Positions 60,581 to 64,000 of a stretch of 64,000 nucleotides of DNA are shown one piece after another. The stretch is from Methanobacteriota archaeon (GTDB taxonomy: Archaea > Thermoplasmatota > E2 > JACPAO01 > JAHWKR01). Every line of letters starts with the position of its first letter. Position 1 is the stretch's first letter. Location: contig JAHWKR010000001.1 in assembly GCA_019347805.1 (NCBI GenBank), positions 88,881 through 152,880 of the forward strand, in the 5' to 3' direction. The notes beneath the pieces are model-generated. The model was not told where the DNA came from, made no database searches, and was given only the letters and a program-made list of their open reading frames with translations. The position numbers and the translations under genes were made by a program.

Positions 60581-61956
60581 GCGGCGACCTCCAGGAGCTT
60601 GTTGAGCGAATGCGCCTTCGTCGCGCCGTCGGGGCCGCGCAGTCGCACTTTTTTCGGGTTGACCTTGCGCGGGTCGACGATCTCGCCGGCGATGGCGGAG
60701 GCGGCCGCGGTGGCGGGCGACATGAGGTAGACGCGGCCTTCGCGGTGGCCCATGCGGCCGACGAAGTTGCGGTTCGAGGTCGAGGCGCACACCTCGCCGG
60801 CATCGAGCAGCCCGCCTTGGGCGCCGAAGCAGGGGCCGCAGGTCGATTGCAGGAACATGGCGCCCGCTTCGGTGAAGGTCTCGATGAGGCCTTCCTTGAG
60901 GGCGCGGTTGTAGATGTTGGTCGATGCGGGGGAGACGATGACGCGTGTGCCGCGCGGGACCTTCTCGCCCTCGAAGTAGCTCGCGGCGATGAGGAGGTCC
61001 TCCCAGCGGGCGTTGGTGCAGCTGCCGATGAACACCTGATCGACGTGGACGCCTTCCACTTCGCTGACCGGGTGGACGTTGTCCGGCGAGAAGGGAGCGG
61101 CGACCTGCGGTTCGAGGTCGGCGCCGTCGATGACGAGGGTCTCCTGGAAGATGGCGTCGTCGTCGCTCCGCCACTTCTCCATGTCGGCGCGGTCGGGCGC
61201 CTTGTAGTCGATGTGGGGGTCGGAGAGGGTCTCAAGATAGTTGTAAGTGGTCGCATCGGCGGCGACCAGGCCGGTCTTGGCGCCCATCTCGGTCGTCATG
61301 TTGGTGAGGGTGAGGCGTTGCCACATGGGGAGCGACATGACGCCATCGCCGCGGAATTCGACGGCCTTGTAGCGGGCGCCCGAGGTGGAGAGCTCCTTGA
61401 TGGCGGCGAGGATGATGTCCTTGCTGTAGACGCGGTCCTGGAGGGTGCCGTTCACGACCACCTGGATGTTCTGCGGCACCTTGAGCCAGATCTCGCCGGT
61501 CGCGAAGATGGCGGCCATCTCGGTCGGGCCGACGCCTGCGGAGAAGGCGCCGAGGGCACCACCGGTGTTGGTGTGGGAGTCGGTGCCGAGGACCAGGCGG
61601 CCGGGTTGGCAGAAGCCTTTCTCGGCAAGGAGCTGGTGGCAGATGCCGTGATGGCCGATGTCGTAGAAGTGCTTCTCGAGGCCCCATTTGTCGACGAAGC
61701 CGCGGATCTTGCGGTGCATGGCGGCCGACATCTCGTCGGAGGCCGGGACCCAGTGGTCGAGCGTGATCATGACCTTGTCGGGGTCCCAGACCTTCTTCGC
61801 GCCCATCGCCTCGAAGGGTTTCTCGATCTGGGCGCACGCCTCGTGGCTCATGGCGACATCCACCGTGACATCGACGAGGTCGCCGGGCTTGACCTGGTCC
61901 TTGCCGGCCTTGGCCGCGAGGATCTTTTCCGCGAGGGTCATTCCCATGAAGGTCAC
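60577..61956 (-). CDS. leuC: 3-isopropylmalate/homoaconitate dehydratase large subunit (aconitase family)
   Basis: 459 aa; Fe-S ligand Cys motifs CTNARWED, CGPCFG. Confidence 0.85.
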   Translation of the reverse strand: MTFMGMTLAEKILAAKAGKDQVKPGDLVDVTVDVAMSHEACAQIEKPFEAMGAKKVWDPDKVMITLDHWVPASDEMSAAMHRKIRGFVDKWGLEKHFYDIGHHGICHQLLAEKGFCQPGRLVLGTDSHTNTGGALGAFSAGVGPTEMAAIFATGEIWLKVPQNIQVVVNGTLQDRVYSKDIILAAIKELSTSGARYKAVEFRGDGVMSLPMWQRLTLTNMTTEMGAKTGLVAADATTYNYLETLSDPHIDYKAPDRADMEKWRSDDDAIFQETLVIDGADLEPQVAAPFSPDNVHPVSEVEGVHVDQVFIGSCTNARWEDLLIAASYFEGEKVPRGTRVIVSPASTNIYNRALKEGLIETFTEAGAMFLQSTCGPCFGAQGGLLDAGEVCASTSNRNFVGRMGHREGRVYLMSPATAAASAIAGEIVDPRKVNPKKVRLRGPDGATKAHSLNKLLEVAA

Positions 61957-62299
61957 TTCTTAAGGGCGGGGAGACAGGGGTCCTTTCAAGAGGGTTTCGA
62001 AGGACGGTGCGTCCCCGTGGCACGGCTTGACGGGTGGGGTATAGAAAGGATGGGGCAGGGGTGGGAGTCGTCGCTACGGTTCCCTCGGCCCTTGCTATGG
62101 CTGAACAGGCCAGAGACCCGGTCGGGGTCTTCCAACTGGACTCTTGCCTGGTCGAGCAGACGACGCGGCCAGCCCAAATACCAGCAAGATTTTATGGCCC
62201 CACATGGGAGCGCTCTGAAGGCCGCTTCGGGACGAGCGGTCTGGGGTGGTCTCATGGCTCCTGGGATGACGCGTAGCCGAACAACATGGATCGCTTCGC

Positions 62300-63097
62300 A
62301 TGGATAGACGATTCCAAGCCGGCGCCGCCATTGCACTGGTCGTGGCCTTCGGTTCCCTTTTCGTGGTCGCAACCGACGTGCCATTCGGTTCGTCAGAGGG
62401 CCGAAGCGAATGCGCCCACGGCACCAGGATGCTGCTTGACGCACCCGGCTTCGGCGCCACAACCGACTCGTCGAGGGGTACTGAGGCCAATCATGATCTG
62501 GTCCAAATACAGCTCGGTGACCAGGTCGAGGTTTCCTCCTACCTGGGTGGATGTGACAGCGATGCGGCCCTCTACCGATGGACCCTCGCCCCTCGCTCAG
62601 GCCAAGCCGGATTCCCACCTTCGAACTTCACGTCAGAGGAGGCCACCGCAGTGATCGTCCCCCCGTTCATAGGGTTCTACATGGTGTGGTCAGACCATTT
62701 GGACGCCCGAGGGAACATGCTTCGAAACGGCTCGCATGAGTTGAGGCTAGAGGTCCTCACAACGATCAACTTCACTGCCCCGCTCCCCACGGACGGCTCC
62801 ACGTTCACCTATGATTTTACGACATTCTGCTGTCCTGGGTCGACGCGTATCTACGTCGTACCGACCGACGCCCTGGGGCCACAGCAACGCTGGGACGTAC
62901 GAGTGGTCGTCCAGGAGACCGGACAGGTGGTGATGAGTGACCTGAACGGGAACGGATGGGGTGCAGGGCCATACGAACAAGCCCTCGGCTCTAGTTTCCT
63001 GGAGGAATTCCAACTCCAGGTCGTGCCGCAGGGGGGTCTGCCTCCATTAGGAGAGGCCAGCGTCTCTGTAGAGATCGGCCAATGGAAGTTTTCCTGA
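62300..63097 (+). CDS. Hypothetical membrane-anchored/secreted protein in lower-GC segment
   Basis: N-terminal TM AGAAIALVVAFGSLFVV; no known motif. Confidence 0.4.
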   Translation: MDRRFQAGAAIALVVAFGSLFVVATDVPFGSSEGRSECAHGTRMLLDAPGFGATTDSSRGTEANHDLVQIQLGDQVEVSSYLGGCDSDAALYRWTLAPRSGQAGFPPSNFTSEEATAVIVPPFIGFYMVWSDHLDARGNMLRNGSHELRLEVLTTINFTAPLPTDGSTFTYDFTTFCCPGSTRIYVVPTDALGPQQRWDVRVVVQETGQVVMSDLNGNGWGAGPYEQALGSSFLEEFQLQVVPQGGLPPLGEASVSVEIGQWKFS

Positions 63098-63275
63098 GGG
63101 AACGACAGAGAGTGGAAGTCCCGGCGTTCCAGATTTCCTTCCTGATATCAACCCTCGACGCTGGTTCCTCACTCCATTCGTCCGACGAGCACCAGCGAGA
63201 CCGGTCCGACGGTCTTGACGCTGCGCTTGATGCCCGGGTCGCGGAGGTCATGCTCGTCGCTGTGGGCACCGTGGA

Positions 63276-63998
63276 TCAATCGCCCGCAATGAAAATGTAG
63301 CCGTTGCTTGAGAGCATCACGATCTCCAGGTCGCCATCGGTGTCGACATCGACGACAACGAAGTGCCGGATGCCATGAGGATGTGTGGGACTTTGATACC
63401 GGATCGTCCCTTCTAGATCGAGGACAGTGACCCTCCCCGCGTCGATCGAGGGGTCCGAGGATGGCATCACCGATCCAACCACGATCTCCAAGGTTCCATC
63501 GAGGTCGAAATCGGCCCCGCTGATCATATAACCGGAATCGGTGTCGAACGTTCTGAGTAGCTCGAAGCCACCATTCGTGTAGCCAACGATTTCGACCCCC
63601 TCGATCGTCCCCAATACGATCTCGGGACGCGTGTCACCCAGAACGTCCATCGTCGCGACTCCCCAATAAACCGGGGCCTGCGGGAGATAGGAGTGCAGCG
63701 TGCCGTTGTCCAAGACGTAGAGTTCGCCGCCGTAGGTATCGTTCCATTGGTCTGGGACGGTGGTCGCGAAGGCGACCTCCATCTCGCCGTCTCCATCGTA
63801 GTCGGCTGCCATCGGGCTTCGGACCGGTAGCCCTTCCAATTGATACTCGAAGAGTTCCTTCTCTGTGACCACGGGGTTTATCGGATCTACAGCCGGCGTC
63901 AAGAAGTCCAGGCCAAGGCCGTAAAGGACGGTACCGTATGTGCGGTCACCGAGCTCCCAGCATAAGGCGCACGTCTCGCTCTGCTTGGATTTGAGCAA
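63276..63998 (-). CDS. FG-GAP/VCBS-repeat beta-propeller protein (N-terminus may lie beyond window end)
   Basis: Repeats DYDGDGEMEVAF, DFDLDGTLEIVV, DVDTDGDLEIVM. Confidence 0.6.
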   Translation of the reverse strand: MLKSKQSETCALCWELGDRTYGTVLYGLGLDFLTPAVDPINPVVTEKELFEYQLEGLPVRSPMAADYDGDGEMEVAFATTVPDQWNDTYGGELYVLDNGTLHSYLPQAPVYWGVATMDVLGDTRPEIVLGTIEGVEIVGYTNGGFELLRTFDTDSGYMISGADFDLDGTLEIVVGSVMPSSDPSIDAGRVTVLDLEGTIRYQSPTHPHGIRHFVVVDVDTDGDLEIVMLSSNGYIFIAGD

Positions 63999-64000
63999 AA

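Noticed and set aside
59522-62307. Plus-strand ORFs 59522-60730 and 60610-62307
   Set aside because: Antisense to the Rho_N gene, leuD and leuC; Gly/Ala/Asp/Arg low complexity.

Overview
High-GC, strongly GC3-biased chromosomal segment, most likely from a euryarchaeote (halophile-like or Thermoplasmatota-like heterotroph). Archaeal hallmarks read directly from the sequence: a TATA-box binding protein; an archaeosine tRNA-guanine transglycosylase; a tRNA-Ala(GGC) with a G3:U70 pair and no encoded CCA; an 11-subunit nuo/fpo-type complex I operon (nuoA-B-C-D-H-I-J1-J2-K-L-M-N) that lacks nuoEFG and has a split nuoJ; LAGC lipobox lipoproteins; and PGF-CTERM-like C-terminal anchors. The window is dense in secreted hydrolases: three tandem halolysin-like S8 proteases with PKD domains (one truncated at the window edge), an M4-like HEXXH metalloprotease, a membrane-anchored S8 protease, and a CocE/NonD S15 lipoprotein. 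Housekeeping genes include nadA, tgtA, purF, pyrC-like, leuB/leuC/leuD-family, an HPS-RraA fusion, CorA, a CDF transporter, a BASS transporter, a CheY-like receiver and a radical SAM protein. Most noteworthy items: (1) a conserved ~130-nt structured 5' leader with a CATG palindrome upstream of each S8 paralog; (2) a gene pair 26410-29244 (a protein with a SPOUT-like C-terminus plus a protein of four tandem winged-helix repeats) adjacent to the tRNA; (3) TBP and nuoN both lack a canonical in-frame start codon, pointing to either non-AUG initiation or assembly indels; (4) a TBP-TatD translationally coupled pair; (5) a Mut7-C nuclease convergent with an Mrr-like PD-(D/E)xK protein; (6) a cluster of small Rho_N-motif proteins; (7) several perfect palindromes in intergenic regions and a 780-nt non-coding gap. 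No CRISPR array, rRNA, integrase or transposase was recognised. The many long Arg/Gly/Ala-rich ORFs in the six-frame track that run antisense or out of frame to the genes listed are high-GC shadow ORFs.
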